The notes beneath the pieces were generated by a model. The model did no database searches. It was given only the letters and a program-made list of their open reading frames with translations, and was not told the origin of the DNA. A stretch of DNA of 64,000 nt from an uncultured Candidatus Saccharibacteria bacterium. Its GTDB lineage: Bacteria; Patescibacteriota; Minisyncoccia; UBA6257; 2-01-FULL-56-20. Both the position numbers and the translations under genes were made by a program. Of this stretch, positions 48,953 to 58,256 are shown in pieces. The stretch is taken from contig CAYOEP010000001.1 of the NCBI GenBank assembly GCA_964403045.1, positions 9,009 through 73,008 on the forward strand, read 5' to 3'. Every line of letters starts with the position of its first letter. Positions within the stretch are counted from its first letter, which is position 1.

Positions 48953-49924
48953 TTAGGGATCAACGACCCAGGTTTTCACTGTACCCTCTCCCATCAACCT
49001 CACCACGTTCGTGGTGAGGCTGATGTACTCGTCCGGCTGGAGCACCACCGGGGCATGTCCCAGCTCCTGAAGGTATACTGGCTGATCCTCAGGAGTGACT
49101 GCCCGAAAGTCGTGCTCTCCGTAATCGAGCCAGGGGCTCCATTGGTTAGGATGGAGCTCCAACACGAACGGGTTTTCTTTGGTGTACTGCGGCCCGATGT
49201 TGATGACGCGGACCGCGTTCGGTGCTGGTAGTGGTGCATTCACTGCCGCCGTGCGGGGACTGGATGGGGACAGCTGCACCTCGCCGCGGAACACCTGGGC
49301 AAGGCCGTGGTCAATGCCTCGCCGTACGTTCCCCAGTGCGCTGGTCGCCTCGGGGAAGAAGAGCGAGATGATGAGTCCCGCAAAAACCACGACGGCAAGC
49401 CGCCGCGACCATTTACGGAACTCATCGCCGCCCTTCCCGAGAAATCCGAGAATAGCGAGGACGCCCGCGGCGAGAAACAGCACGGGGATCGCAAGGGGTC
49501 GCCTCCAGAGAGGCATCACACTCATAAAGAGCGCGACGCTACTCTCGACGAGCAAGGTCCACAGCACGAGGTTGACATACCTCGCGCCGAGTCCCCGTTC
49601 CTTGTTCCTCCCTGTTGCCACAAGCGCCGCGTCCACGATCATCCCCAAGGGCGCCGCGATGAACGCCAGAAGCAGTGTTGCGGCAACCCAGAAGAGTCCC
49701 GCGATTGCCGCAAGCGGAGCTCCCACCAGCGGAAGCACGCCGAAAAGCAAGAGGGGCAGCGGTACAAGGACGACTACAAGAGCCACCCTACGCAGCGAGG
49801 CGAGGTATACCTCGCCTACAGGCCTTCCTGCCGGATCGATGCGCGCAAGGCGCGCAACGATCGCCGTAAACTCCTGCCCGCCGGAGGCGAGCAGTTCCCC
49901 AAGAATTTCCCAGAGAATTCTCAT
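48953..49924 (-). CDS. Polytopic membrane protein with C-terminal soluble domain (hypothetical), GC-rich block gene 3
   Basis: 6-7 TM helices. Local GC and codon usage (GC3-rich) are distinct from the flanking genes. Confidence 0.5.
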   Translation of the reverse strand: MRILWEILGELLASGGQEFTAIVARLARIDPAGRPVGEVYLASLRRVALVVVLVPLPLLLFGVLPLVGAPLAAIAGLFWVAATLLLAFIAAPLGMIVDAALVATGRNKERGLGARYVNLVLWTLLVESSVALFMSVMPLWRRPLAIPVLFLAAGVLAILGFLGKGGDEFRKWSRRLAVVVFAGLIISLFFPEATSALGNVRRGIDHGLAQVFRGEVQLSPSSPRTAAVNAPLPAPNAVRVINIGPQYTKENPFVLELHPNQWSPWLDYGEHDFRAVTPEDQPVYLQELGHAPVVLQPDEYISLTTNVVRLMGEGTVKTWVVDP

Positions 49925-49940
49925 TTTCGTTCATCTCCTT

Positions 49941-50534
49941 TTAGAATCCGAGGTCATGGCCCCGGTCAGTTCTGAACCGCCGGATGCGGTTGCGCAGCCG
50001 CACCATCCGGCGGAGCACTCGCCGCTCCTCCCGCGCGATTCGATCACGCGGGACGAGCGAGAGGAGGTACTGCACCCGCTCGAGGTAGCGCGCAGGGGTG
50101 CTGCACGCGATCAGCCTGTCGAACTCCTCGGGTGAGCGCAGCTCCAGTACCCCGAGGAATTCAAACAGCCGCTCCCTCTCGCTTTGCTCTCGCTTTTCTT
50201 GGAGGAAGCGGTAGAGATCGGAAAGCGCTTCCTCCAGCATGTAGAGCCGATGCATGCCGCGGTATCTGTCGATGGCATGCATTAGCCCTTGGTAAGCGCG
50301 CTCGTTGCTGGCGCGGAGCTCTCCGTAGATGAAACTCCACAGCTCCACGCGCACCTCGCCGATCCGCTTTTCGCGCTCGGCGTGATTTTGGAGAACCTCC
50401 TCCGCTCCTCTCCCAAAGGCACCTCTGAAAATTCCAAAGATGCCTGCGAGAAAGTTCACGATCGGCTTAAGCAGAGTGATGGTAACTCCCTCTGTAAATC
50501 CTTCTAGGAGCCCCCCTTTCAACCAAGACATCAT
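49941..50534 (-). CDS. Hypothetical protein with amphipathic N-terminus and Arg-rich helical body, GC-rich block gene 2
   Basis: 197 aa; no motif recognised. Confidence 0.45.
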   Translation of the reverse strand: MMSWLKGGLLEGFTEGVTITLLKPIVNFLAGIFGIFRGAFGRGAEEVLQNHAEREKRIGEVRVELWSFIYGELRASNERAYQGLMHAIDRYRGMHRLYMLEEALSDLYRFLQEKREQSERERLFEFLGVLELRSPEEFDRLIACSTPARYLERVQYLLSLVPRDRIAREERRVLRRMVRLRNRIRRFRTDRGHDLGF

Positions 50535-50541
50535 TCTCCTC

Positions 50542-51135
50542 CTAGTCGCGGTAGATGTCGAGGTGGCCGCGCACCTCGCTCCCCGCGACGAAAAACTCCA
50601 GCGCGGCGTCCCGCTTCACCTTCTTGCGGTAGAGCGTGACGCCATCCTTATCGGTCAATTTCAGTTTCTTCCATCCGCGGGGAAGCTCGGGATCAACCAC
50701 GACCACTTGCGCTCCCCGCACGCCTTTGTCCTTCTTGTTGAGGACCTGCACAAAGACCGTGCAGATCCTTCCCTTCCGGGCTTTCCGGAAGAGCAGGCGC
50801 GCCGGCGCCACCTTTTCTCCCTTGATGACGACCGGCTTGCGCTTGGATTTGGTAGTGCCCGCGATTTGGGCGATCACCGAATATTTCCCGGGCTTGTCGC
50901 AGATGAACTTCTTGGTCGCCTGACCCTCGGCGTCGGTGAGCAAGGCCTCCTCTTCCTCCTTCCCCTGCTCGAGCAGGTAAAGGAGAATGGGAACCCCCTC
51001 ACGGGGCAATTTTTCGCTGCTCCGGTCGATCACGGTGACAGTTGCGTAAAACTGCCATCCGTCTTCTGTCTCTACCGGCTCGGTGATGGAGATTTCCCGT
51101 ATGATGAGAAGCTCTTGTTGCACGAACCCTACCAT
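50542..51135 (-). CDS. Hypothetical protein with two carboxypeptidase-regulatory-like beta-sandwich repeats, GC-rich block gene 1
   Basis: LTDAEGQATKKFICDKPGKYSV and LTDKDGVTLYRKKV resemble CarbopepD_reg-type repeats. There is no signal peptide. Confidence 0.4.
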   Translation of the reverse strand: MVGFVQQELLIIREISITEPVETEDGWQFYATVTVIDRSSEKLPREGVPILLYLLEQGKEEEEALLTDAEGQATKKFICDKPGKYSVIAQIAGTTKSKRKPVVIKGEKVAPARLLFRKARKGRICTVFVQVLNKKDKGVRGAQVVVVDPELPRGWKKLKLTDKDGVTLYRKKVKRDAALEFFVAGSEVRGHLDIYRD

Positions 51136-51302
51136 TCTACCTCCTTTCTGTCTGGGTCGTTTTCAGTTGTGAGATGCTTCTTCTAGCTTACCATAAAATT
51201 AATAAATAGTCAAGTCCTTATATTTAAGTATAAGCGTGGCGTAGGGGCAATATTGACACCCTCTTGCTTCTCGGTATGTTGGAGCGGTATAGTGTGCGGG
51301 AA

Positions 51303-51384
51303 GCCCCCGTGGCGGAATTGGAAGACGCGCATGGTTTAGGACCATGTCCCGCAAGGGGTGGAGGTTCAAATCCTCCCGGGGGCA
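51303..51384 (+). tRNA. tRNA-Leu (anticodon TAG), class II with long variable arm
   Basis: Acceptor GCCCCCG/CGGGGGC, anticodon stem CATGG/CCATG with loop TTTAGGA, a long variable arm (TCCCGCAAGGGGTG) and T-loop TTCAAAT. Confidence 0.7.
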
Positions 51385-52115
51385 CTGCGATCGCTTTTTA
51401 CGCACTTGGCACACTGCTTTGAGAGGGAATTGATCAGGAAGGTGCGGAAACGAGCTGGAGAAACGCCGAGTAGGCTGCGAAGCGATGAAGGGAATGCGCT
51501 GCCGGGCTTGAGGAAGAGCAGTCGCGGGAGAATTTGGGTGCCGTATTTTTCTGAGATGACATGGATAAGGTGGAAGGAAATAGTGTAGCCGCGTAGACGC
51601 ACGAAAGATTGCACTGTGATATCCTGCGAAAGTGCCTTTTGCAAAAATTGGTTAAGTTGGGCACGGGTAAAATCACATGGCTTTTCTTGGCGCGCCACAA
51701 ATAGGGCAATTCCCTCATCAACCCACCGTAGGGCTCGGGAGTTTATCGTTCGGTGAAAAATGTGAGCGAGCTCATGGGTGAGGATTTTTTGAAACGACGA
51801 TTTCCTATGGCAGCTTTCTTGGGAAATAACAGAGGGACTTAAAATGTAAATAGTGTTGCAATGCGCTTTTGTAATCGCCGCAACCCAATCAGGCGTATTC
51901 TTGGCAACTTTCTTATCGAGTTCTTTTCGTGAGTAAATAAGTTCGCATACTCCTTTCGGGGCAGGAGTGTTATAGAAACCCTCGAGCGTAGCAAGTAAGT
52001 TTTGCAGTGTTGTTTTGAGTGCGACAGGGTCATCGCAAGTTGCGGAGAGCAATGTCCATCGTTGCCCCCTCGACCCTGCGTTAAAAGGAAGACGCTGTTT
52101 GCGATGATTCAGCAT
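51366..52115 (-). CDS. Putative zinc metallopeptidase (HExxH) (hypothetical)
   Basis: The ILTHELAHIFH motif. Its 3' end overlaps tRNA-Leu by ~19 nt on the opposite strand. Confidence 0.45.
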   Translation of the reverse strand: MLNHRKQRLPFNAGSRGQRWTLLSATCDDPVALKTTLQNLLATLEGFYNTPAPKGVCELIYSRKELDKKVAKNTPDWVAAITKAHCNTIYILSPSVISQESCHRKSSFQKILTHELAHIFHRTINSRALRWVDEGIALFVARQEKPCDFTRAQLNQFLQKALSQDITVQSFVRLRGYTISFHLIHVISEKYGTQILPRLLFLKPGSAFPSSLRSLLGVSPARFRTFLINSLSKQCAKCVKSDRSAPGRI

Positions 52116-52163
52116 GCGCAGGAACTACACAAAAGGAGGCAGCTTTGTGGGATTCTTTGGTCA

Positions 52164-53051
52164 TCACTTCAATTTCCTACGCCGGCGGTGGAAGGCGCGG
52201 TGGACTTCTTGGAGTGCTTTGTTGGTGAGGTGGGTATAGATTTGGGTAGTTGTCACGCTTGCGTGGCCGAGGAGTTCCTGCACCGCGCGGAGGTCGGCAC
52301 CGTTCATTAAGAGGTCGGTGGCAAAGCTGTGGCGGATCATATGCGGGTGCACGCGGTGCGGGATTCCCGCCTCTGCCGCGCGGCGCTGTATCATCCTTTG
52401 CACCGCTCGGGGGGTGATTCTGCCGAGCACTCTGCCTTTTTTGGAGAGGCTTACGAAGAGCGCTTCTTGCGCGTCATCACGCCGCGCGAGATAGGATTGG
52501 ATCGCCGCTTTTGCGGTATCGGAAAGGAAAACTACCCTAATTTTCTCTCCCTTTCCCCGCACTGAGATTTCTCCTCTTTCGAACGCGAGCGTACGGTTGA
52601 GCGCGCAGAGCTCAGAAAGGCGGAGTCCTGTGGAGAACAATGTTTCCAAAATTGCCTTGTCGCGCAGGTCGCGGAGCGAGGAGCCGCGGACATCGAGAAG
52701 CCGCTCCAAGTCTTCGTAGTCGAGAATATCAATTTGACGCTTTGCTATTCGGGGGAGTTCTATTTTTTCGGCAGCAAGGGTTGTAATGTCGCGTTTTGCG
52801 AGGTACTTGAGAAAATTGCGAAGCGCGATGAGGTAGTAGGTCTGAGTAATTTTCTTTATCCCTTTTCGCGCGAGCGCGAGGCGGAACTTGCGGACTGTTT
52901 CCTCAGTAATATGCTCGGGAAGGGTAATGCGCGCAAAGGCAAGGAATTCGCGGAGATAGCGGGCATAATTCTTGCGGGTGGCAAGCGAACGGTTTTTCTC
53001 CAGCTCGAGGTAGTTGAGATAGTCGTCGAGCAACGTGGCGATTTTTGCCAT
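52164..53051 (-). CDS. xerC: Tyrosine recombinase XerC/XerD family
   Basis: N-terminal SAM-like core-binding domain; catalytic R...HxxR...Y ([36 protein letters not shown]). Confidence 0.85.
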   Translation of the reverse strand: MAKIATLLDDYLNYLELEKNRSLATRKNYARYLREFLAFARITLPEHITEETVRKFRLALARKGIKKITQTYYLIALRNFLKYLAKRDITTLAAEKIELPRIAKRQIDILDYEDLERLLDVRGSSLRDLRDKAILETLFSTGLRLSELCALNRTLAFERGEISVRGKGEKIRVVFLSDTAKAAIQSYLARRDDAQEALFVSLSKKGRVLGRITPRAVQRMIQRRAAEAGIPHRVHPHMIRHSFATDLLMNGADLRAVQELLGHASVTTTQIYTHLTNKALQEVHRAFHRRRRKLK

Positions 53052-53155
53052 TTCCTATATTGTACGACACTTTTTCTCCTGAAGGAAGACAAGGTAGCAG
53101 CAGTGCGGCGCCGTGCCACTTGCGCTTTTCTCATAATTGGGGTAGAATTCCACCA

Positions 53156-53422
53156 ATGCTTTCCAAGCGCACGAAATCGAAACTGGTCAAGGAATTTCAG
53201 ATACACGAGAAGGACACTGGTTCTGCGGAGGTGCAGATTGCTTTTCGCACCAAGCAGATTGAGGAGCTCGTGCGGCACCTCAAGAAGCATCCGAAGGACA
53301 ACCATTCCCGCCGCGGTCTCCTCAAAATGGTGGGACATCGCCGTCGTCTCTTGCAGTACCTCAAGCGCACCGACCCTAAAAGCTACGAGAAGGTGGTGAC
53401 AAAGTTGAATCTAAGGAAGTGA
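53156..53422 (+). CDS. rpsO: 30S ribosomal protein S15
   Basis: [48 protein letters not shown]. Confidence 0.9.
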   Translation: MLSKRTKSKLVKEFQIHEKDTGSAEVQIAFRTKQIEELVRHLKKHPKDNHSRRGLLKMVGHRRRLLQYLKRTDPKSYEKVVTKLNLRK

Positions 53423-53964
53423 GTGTGAGAAATAAGGCAACGACCACAGCCTCGGATTTTTACTCCAGCCAACGCGTGGGTATTTTTGTAGATGTGCAGA
53501 ATCTTTATCACTCCGCGAAGAATCTCTATCAGAGTAGGATTAACTACAAAGAGCTACTGCGTGCACTTGTGGGAGGGCGCAAGCTGATTCGTGCGGTAGC
53601 GTATGTGGTGAAAAGCGATGCCTCCACCGGCGAGGGGTCGTTTTTTGACGCGCTGGAGAAGTCAGGACTGGAACTGCGCTCAAAGGATTTACAGGTGTAC
53701 CCCGACGGGATGAAAAAGGCAGATTGGGATGTGGGGCTTGCGGTGGATGCGATTCGGATGTCAGCCTTCCTCGATGTGGTAGTGCTGGTTACAGGCGATG
53801 GCGATTTTGTGCCGCTCGTGGAGTATTTGAAGTGGGGGACAGGGCGACTGGTTGAGGTTGCAGCAATTCACAAAACTGCATCCTCCAAGCTCCGCGAGGC
53901 GGCGGATCGGTTCTACAACATCGAGGATATTCCCCGAATCTTCATCAAGAAGAAAATTGTTTAG
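53419..53964 (+). CDS. NYN-domain (LabA-like) predicted ribonuclease
   Basis: [11 protein letters not shown]...LIRAVAYV...[14 protein letters not shown] has the NYN/LabA acidic residue pattern. Confidence 0.75.
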   Translation: MSVRNKATTTASDFYSSQRVGIFVDVQNLYHSAKNLYQSRINYKELLRALVGGRKLIRAVAYVVKSDASTGEGSFFDALEKSGLELRSKDLQVYPDGMKKADWDVGLAVDAIRMSAFLDVVVLVTGDGDFVPLVEYLKWGTGRLVEVAAIHKTASSKLREAADRFYNIEDIPRIFIKKKIV

Positions 53965-53976
53965 CAAGCTTTTTCT

Positions 53977-56118
53977 ATGTCAATTCACGAAAAACGTACG
54001 TTTTCGGTTGATGTTGGCGGCTCGCCGCTCCGCTTAGAAATATCCTCCCTCGCGGAGCGTGCCAGCGCTGCAGTGCTTGCGCGCCATGGCGAAACTGCCG
54101 TACTGGTGACGGTGGTAGTGGGCAAGAAAGATGCGGACGTGAATTATGTGCCCTTGCGGGTGGACTACGAGGAAAGGTTTTACGCCGCTGGCAAGATTAT
54201 TGGGAGCAGATTTATCCGCCGCGAGGGGCGCCCTTCTGAGGAAGCGATTTTGACCGGGAGGCTAGTGGATCGCGCTATTCGACCTCTGTTTCCCAAGCAT
54301 CTCCGCCGCGAGGTGCAAGTTGTTGCAACAGTCCTTGCCTACGATGAGGAGCATGATCCGGACTTTCCCGGCCTTATCGCCGCCTCTGTGGCACTTGGCA
54401 TTTCTGAAGCGCCTTGGAATGGGCCGGTGGGCGGCGTGCGCGTTGCCTTAGTGGATGGAAAAGAAATTCTTGCTCCTACTCGTACGCAGATCGAGCGTGC
54501 AAGCTGTCATAGCTTTGTCGCGGGCGTGCAGGGAAAGATCAATATGGTGGAATTTGAAGGGAGAGAGGCCTCTGAAGAGCAGGTGCTTGCACTTTTTGCT
54601 TGCGCGCAGAAAGAAATTGACAAACTCGTGGATTTTCAGAGGAAGATTATCGCCGAGCTCGGCAAGCAGAAGTTAGAAGTGGTACCACCTTCGCACCCCG
54701 AACTTGAGCGGGAAGTACAGGAGTTCCTTGCTCCAAGAATGGAAGCCGCCGTGTTTCATTCACAAATAGCGGGCGAGGGAGGGCTTGCGTCTCTGAAAGA
54801 GGAGCTACGAGCGCACTTGGAGGCGCGCATCAAAGAAGGCGCGCTCCCGCCCGACACAAATTTGAAGAACGCTGATCTCCTCTTTGAGGATGCGGTGGAT
54901 GCCTTTGTGCATAAAAGTATCCTTGAAGAGGAAAGGCGTCCTGACGGGAGGAAACTTGATGAGGTGCGGCAGCTGGAAGGCGCGGTGGGCATTTTCTCCC
55001 GTAACCACGGATCGGCGATTTTTGTGCGGGGGAGCACGCAGGCGTTTGCGGTGACCACACTGGCGCCTCCCGGGGCGGAGCAGCTTATTGAGACGATGGA
55101 GATGAGCGGCAAGCGAAGATTTATGCTTCACTATAATTTTCCTGCATACTCGGTAGGGGAAATCGGGGCATTCCGCAGCCCGGGACGGCGGGAAATTGGT
55201 CACGGAGCACTCGCCGAGAAAGCGGTGAAATATGTACTGCCGCCGCAGGAAAAGTTTCCCTACACGATTCGGGTGGTGTCGGAAATTCTTTCCTCCAATG
55301 GCTCTTCTTCGATGGCAACAGTATGCGCAGGCACACTTTCCTTGATGGACGCAGGCGTTCCTATTGCACGACCGGTGGCGGGAATTGCTATGGGGTTGAT
55401 GAAAGACGAGAAGGGGAATTACAAAATCCTTACCGATATTCAGGGCCCTGAGGATCACCATGGCGATATGGATTTTAAAGTTGCAGGCACAGAGCGTGGC
55501 ATAACAGCGATTCAGATGGACGTGAAAGTAGAGGGCGTGCCGCACAAAATTTTACGAGAAGCACTCGTGCAGGCAAAAAAGGCCCGCAATGAGATTCTCT
55601 CGTTTATGCGGACAGTAATTGCGGCACCTCGCCCCCAACTCTCGCCGCTCGTACCCAAAATTGTCCGCCTCCACATTGACCCTGACAAAATCGGACTTGT
55701 GATCGGCGCAGGAGGAAAAACAATTAACAGCCTCATTGCAAAGACAGGCGTACAGAGTATTGACCTCGAGGAAGATGGGAGCGTCTATATTGCAGCCGAT
55801 GACATGGAAAAAGCACATGCCGCGGCAAAGGAAATTGAAATGATGACCAAAGAATTCCACGAAGGAGATATAGTAGAAGGCAGAGTCTCCAAAATTCTCG
55901 ATTTTGGTGCTATTGTAGATTTAGGCGGCGGGCAGGATGGGATGGTGCATGTCTCTGAGCTGAAGAATGGTTATGTGAAGGAGGTCTCTGATGTAGTGAA
56001 GGAAGGCGATGTTGTGAAGGCAAAAGTAATTAAGGTAGATCCTGCCACCGGTCGCATAGGGCTTTCGCTAAAGCGACTCGATGCGGAGCATGGCAAAAAG
56101 TCGCGACACACTCAGTGA
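53977..56118 (+). CDS. pnp: Polyribonucleotide nucleotidyltransferase (PNPase)
   Basis: Two RNase PH domains (including GDMDFKVAGTERGITAIQMDVK), plus KH and S1 C-terminal domains. Confidence 0.95.
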   Translation: MSIHEKRTFSVDVGGSPLRLEISSLAERASAAVLARHGETAVLVTVVVGKKDADVNYVPLRVDYEERFYAAGKIIGSRFIRREGRPSEEAILTGRLVDRAIRPLFPKHLRREVQVVATVLAYDEEHDPDFPGLIAASVALGISEAPWNGPVGGVRVALVDGKEILAPTRTQIERASCHSFVAGVQGKINMVEFEGREASEEQVLALFACAQKEIDKLVDFQRKIIAELGKQKLEVVPPSHPELEREVQEFLAPRMEAAVFHSQIAGEGGLASLKEELRAHLEARIKEGALPPDTNLKNADLLFEDAVDAFVHKSILEEERRPDGRKLDEVRQLEGAVGIFSRNHGSAIFVRGSTQAFAVTTLAPPGAEQLIETMEMSGKRRFMLHYNFPAYSVGEIGAFRSPGRREIGHGALAEKAVKYVLPPQEKFPYTIRVVSEILSSNGSSSMATVCAGTLSLMDAGVPIARPVAGIAMGLMKDEKGNYKILTDIQGPEDHHGDMDFKVAGTERGITAIQMDVKVEGVPHKILREALVQAKKARNEILSFMRTVIAAPRPQLSPLVPKIVRLHIDPDKIGLVIGAGGKTINSLIAKTGVQSIDLEEDGSVYIAADDMEKAHAAAKEIEMMTKEFHEGDIVEGRVSKILDFGAIVDLGGGQDGMVHVSELKNGYVKEVSDVVKEGDVVKAKVIKVDPATGRIGLSLKRLDAEHGKKSRHTQ

Positions 56119-56122
56119 GATA

Positions 56123-56434
56123 ATGGCGGAGAATCCCTCCCAAAATACTTCAGGAATAATTCCTTCCTCGCCGGAATTGAAGGTGCGGACAATGCGAGGC
56201 GACCTTGCTTCAATTGCGACGCGTGCTTCGGAAATCGAGCAGGGTAGTGTTCCGGTACCGCAGCAAGCTGCGGATTTTCAGGCACCGTTTGTGGCAGAAG
56301 AAGACACGCGCGAGCAGTCATGGCTCAAAAAGCACGCGCGCTTGCTGGTGGTGCTCGGGCTGATTGCACTCGCAGCCGCTGCAGGGGCAATTTTCATTGC
56401 GTTTGTTCTTCCTGCCTTACGGGGAAGCAGTTAA
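56123..56434 (+). CDS. Small C-terminally TM-anchored protein (hypothetical)
   Basis: C-terminal [23 protein letters not shown]. The start was trimmed so it does not overlap pnp. Confidence 0.35.
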   Translation: MAENPSQNTSGIIPSSPELKVRTMRGDLASIATRASEIEQGSVPVPQQAADFQAPFVAEEDTREQSWLKKHARLLVVLGLIALAAAAGAIFIAFVLPALRGSS

Positions 56435-57468
56435 TTCTCAGCTTTTTCGGGATTTTTAATTACTTGCTCGGTGCGCTTTTGAAGTTTTTTGAGAAGTGCT
56501 TTGTCGTCGCGCAGCTTGAGGCGCACGTTATCAAAGCCGGTGCCAATTCGCTCCCCTTCAAAGAAATAGCTGGATCCGGAACGGGTCACTACGCCGCACT
56601 TGATAGCGGCGTTGAGCACATCTGCTTCATAGGAAATGCCTTTCCCGTACATAATGTCGAACTCGGCAAACTTGAAAGGAGGAGCGACTTTATTTTTCAC
56701 CACTTTTGCCTTCACACGGGTGCCCACTACTTCTTCTCCTTTCTTCACCTGGGCGGTACGGCGGACATCAATGCGCACTGACGAATAGAACTTCAGCGCC
56801 TTGCCGCCGGGCGTAGTTTCGGGATTGCCAAAAAACACACCAACTTGCATGCGGATTTGGTTGATAAAGAGGATAGCAGTTTGGGTTTTCGAGGCGATTG
56901 CGGTGAGTTTGCGGAGTGCCTGGGACATCATCCGGGCCTGCAGGCCAATGAACTGTGCACCCATTTCTCCTTCAATTTCCGCGCGCGGCGTAAGTGCGGC
57001 AACAGAGTCTACCACAACTACCGAGAAGAGCTTAGAGCGCACGAGACTTTCCAAAATATTGAGCGCCTCCTCGCCATTGTCTGGCTGAGAGATGATGAGA
57101 TCATCAACTTTCACGCCGAGGCGGCGGGCATATTCAGGGTCGAGTGCGTGCTCGGCGTCGATGAATGCTGCCCTGCCGCCCTTCTTTTGCGCTTGAGCAA
57201 TCACATTGAGTGCGAGCGTGGTTTTGCCGCTTCCCTCAGGCCCGAAAATCTCTACGATGCGTCCCCGGGGGATGCCTCCCACCCCGAGTGCGAGGTCGAG
57301 CGAGAAAGAGCCAGTGGGGATGACAGCAACATCTACCTTGCGGGTTTCACCCAATCGCATTACTGACCCTTCGCCGTACTTCTCGCGCAGGGAAGCAACA
57401 AGCTGAGCGATATCGCTCGCTTCCTCAGATGATGTGCCTTTTTTTGTTTTCTTCTTTGCTGCTGCCAT
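56431..57468 (-). CDS. recA: Recombinase RecA
   Basis: Walker [14 protein letters not shown]1/L2 loop regions and the [12 protein letters not shown] motif. Confidence 0.95.
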   Translation of the reverse strand: MAAAKKKTKKGTSSEEASDIAQLVASLREKYGEGSVMRLGETRKVDVAVIPTGSFSLDLALGVGGIPRGRIVEIFGPEGSGKTTLALNVIAQAQKKGGRAAFIDAEHALDPEYARRLGVKVDDLIISQPDNGEEALNILESLVRSKLFSVVVVDSVAALTPRAEIEGEMGAQFIGLQARMMSQALRKLTAIASKTQTAILFINQIRMQVGVFFGNPETTPGGKALKFYSSVRIDVRRTAQVKKGEEVVGTRVKAKVVKNKVAPPFKFAEFDIMYGKGISYEADVLNAAIKCGVVTRSGSSYFFEGERIGTGFDNVRLKLRDDKALLKKLQKRTEQVIKNPEKAEN

Positions 57469-57511
57469 TCTTGCTTGATGGCATCATACCATACTTTCTC
57501 TGGGATGTCGC

Positions 57512-58246
57512 TTATTGAGAAGGATGGGTTTCGCTGCGGGGGATTACTTGAATTGGCGGTATATCTTGGGTAGATGCTTCAGGCTGGAATATTACACGCC
57601 GCCGCACTACGCGCTTTTGGCCGAGCAGCTTTTTTGCGGAGAACTCGACGACATTGAGGCCGGGGGAGAGCGGCACTTCTACGCTCCATGTTCCATCGGG
57701 AGCGGCGGGGATTTCTTCACCATTGAGGAAAAGCCGCGCTCCCGGTGCCACCCGTCCTTCGAAGAGAATTTCTTGGTGCGAGGTTACAACTTGTTCTTCT
57801 TGGGGAAATGAAATTTGAAGCTCGGGGATGCCCACGATGCTCGGGAGGCGCACTGCGAGGTAGAGTGCGAGCGCGAGGATTACAATTCCAGCTCCCCACA
57901 GCGCCTTGCGGACGGGTTTTTGAGCGAATCGATTGCGAGGGAGCATATCGTGAGGACCTGAGTCCTCAAGAAGATTTTGCGCTCTGAGCGATTGCCACCA
58001 TTCTTCGCCGTCGAAGTCGAGAATCCTGCCAAGCGTGATGAGATAGCCGCGCACATAGGGGGCGGGAGGAAGTTTTTCAAAATTGCCGCGCAGGAGGTTT
58101 TCCAAATGGTGGAGCGCAATGTCGCTTTCTTCAGAAAGCTTCTTGAGGGAAATTCCCCGCGCTTTCAGCTTCTCACTGAAGAAGATTTCGAAATCCAAGC
58201 TTTGGGGCTCGGGGGCGTGGGGGCGGCGAGAATCCATATGCTCCAT
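57512..58246 (-). CDS. RodZ-like HTH-domain membrane protein
   Basis: N-terminal HTH (GISLKKLSEESDIALHHLENLLRGNFEKLPPAPYVRGYLITLGRIL), a single TM and an extracytoplasmic C-terminus. Confidence 0.6.
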   Translation of the reverse strand: MEHMDSRRPHAPEPQSLDFEIFFSEKLKARGISLKKLSEESDIALHHLENLLRGNFEKLPPAPYVRGYLITLGRILDFDGEEWWQSLRAQNLLEDSGPHDMLPRNRFAQKPVRKALWGAGIVILALALYLAVRLPSIVGIPELQISFPQEEQVVTSHQEILFEGRVAPGARLFLNGEEIPAAPDGTWSVEVPLSPGLNVVEFSAKKLLGQKRVVRRRVIFQPEASTQDIPPIQVIPRSETHPSQ

Positions 58247-58256
58247 AAGAACTTTC

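Noticed and set aside
52164-53051. Xer-type recombinase as the integrase of the GC-rich block
   Set aside because: It has the canonical XerC/XerD architecture and lies on the opposite side of tRNA-Leu from the block, separated by another gene. It is more likely the chromosomal dif recombinase, so it is kept only as a weak association.
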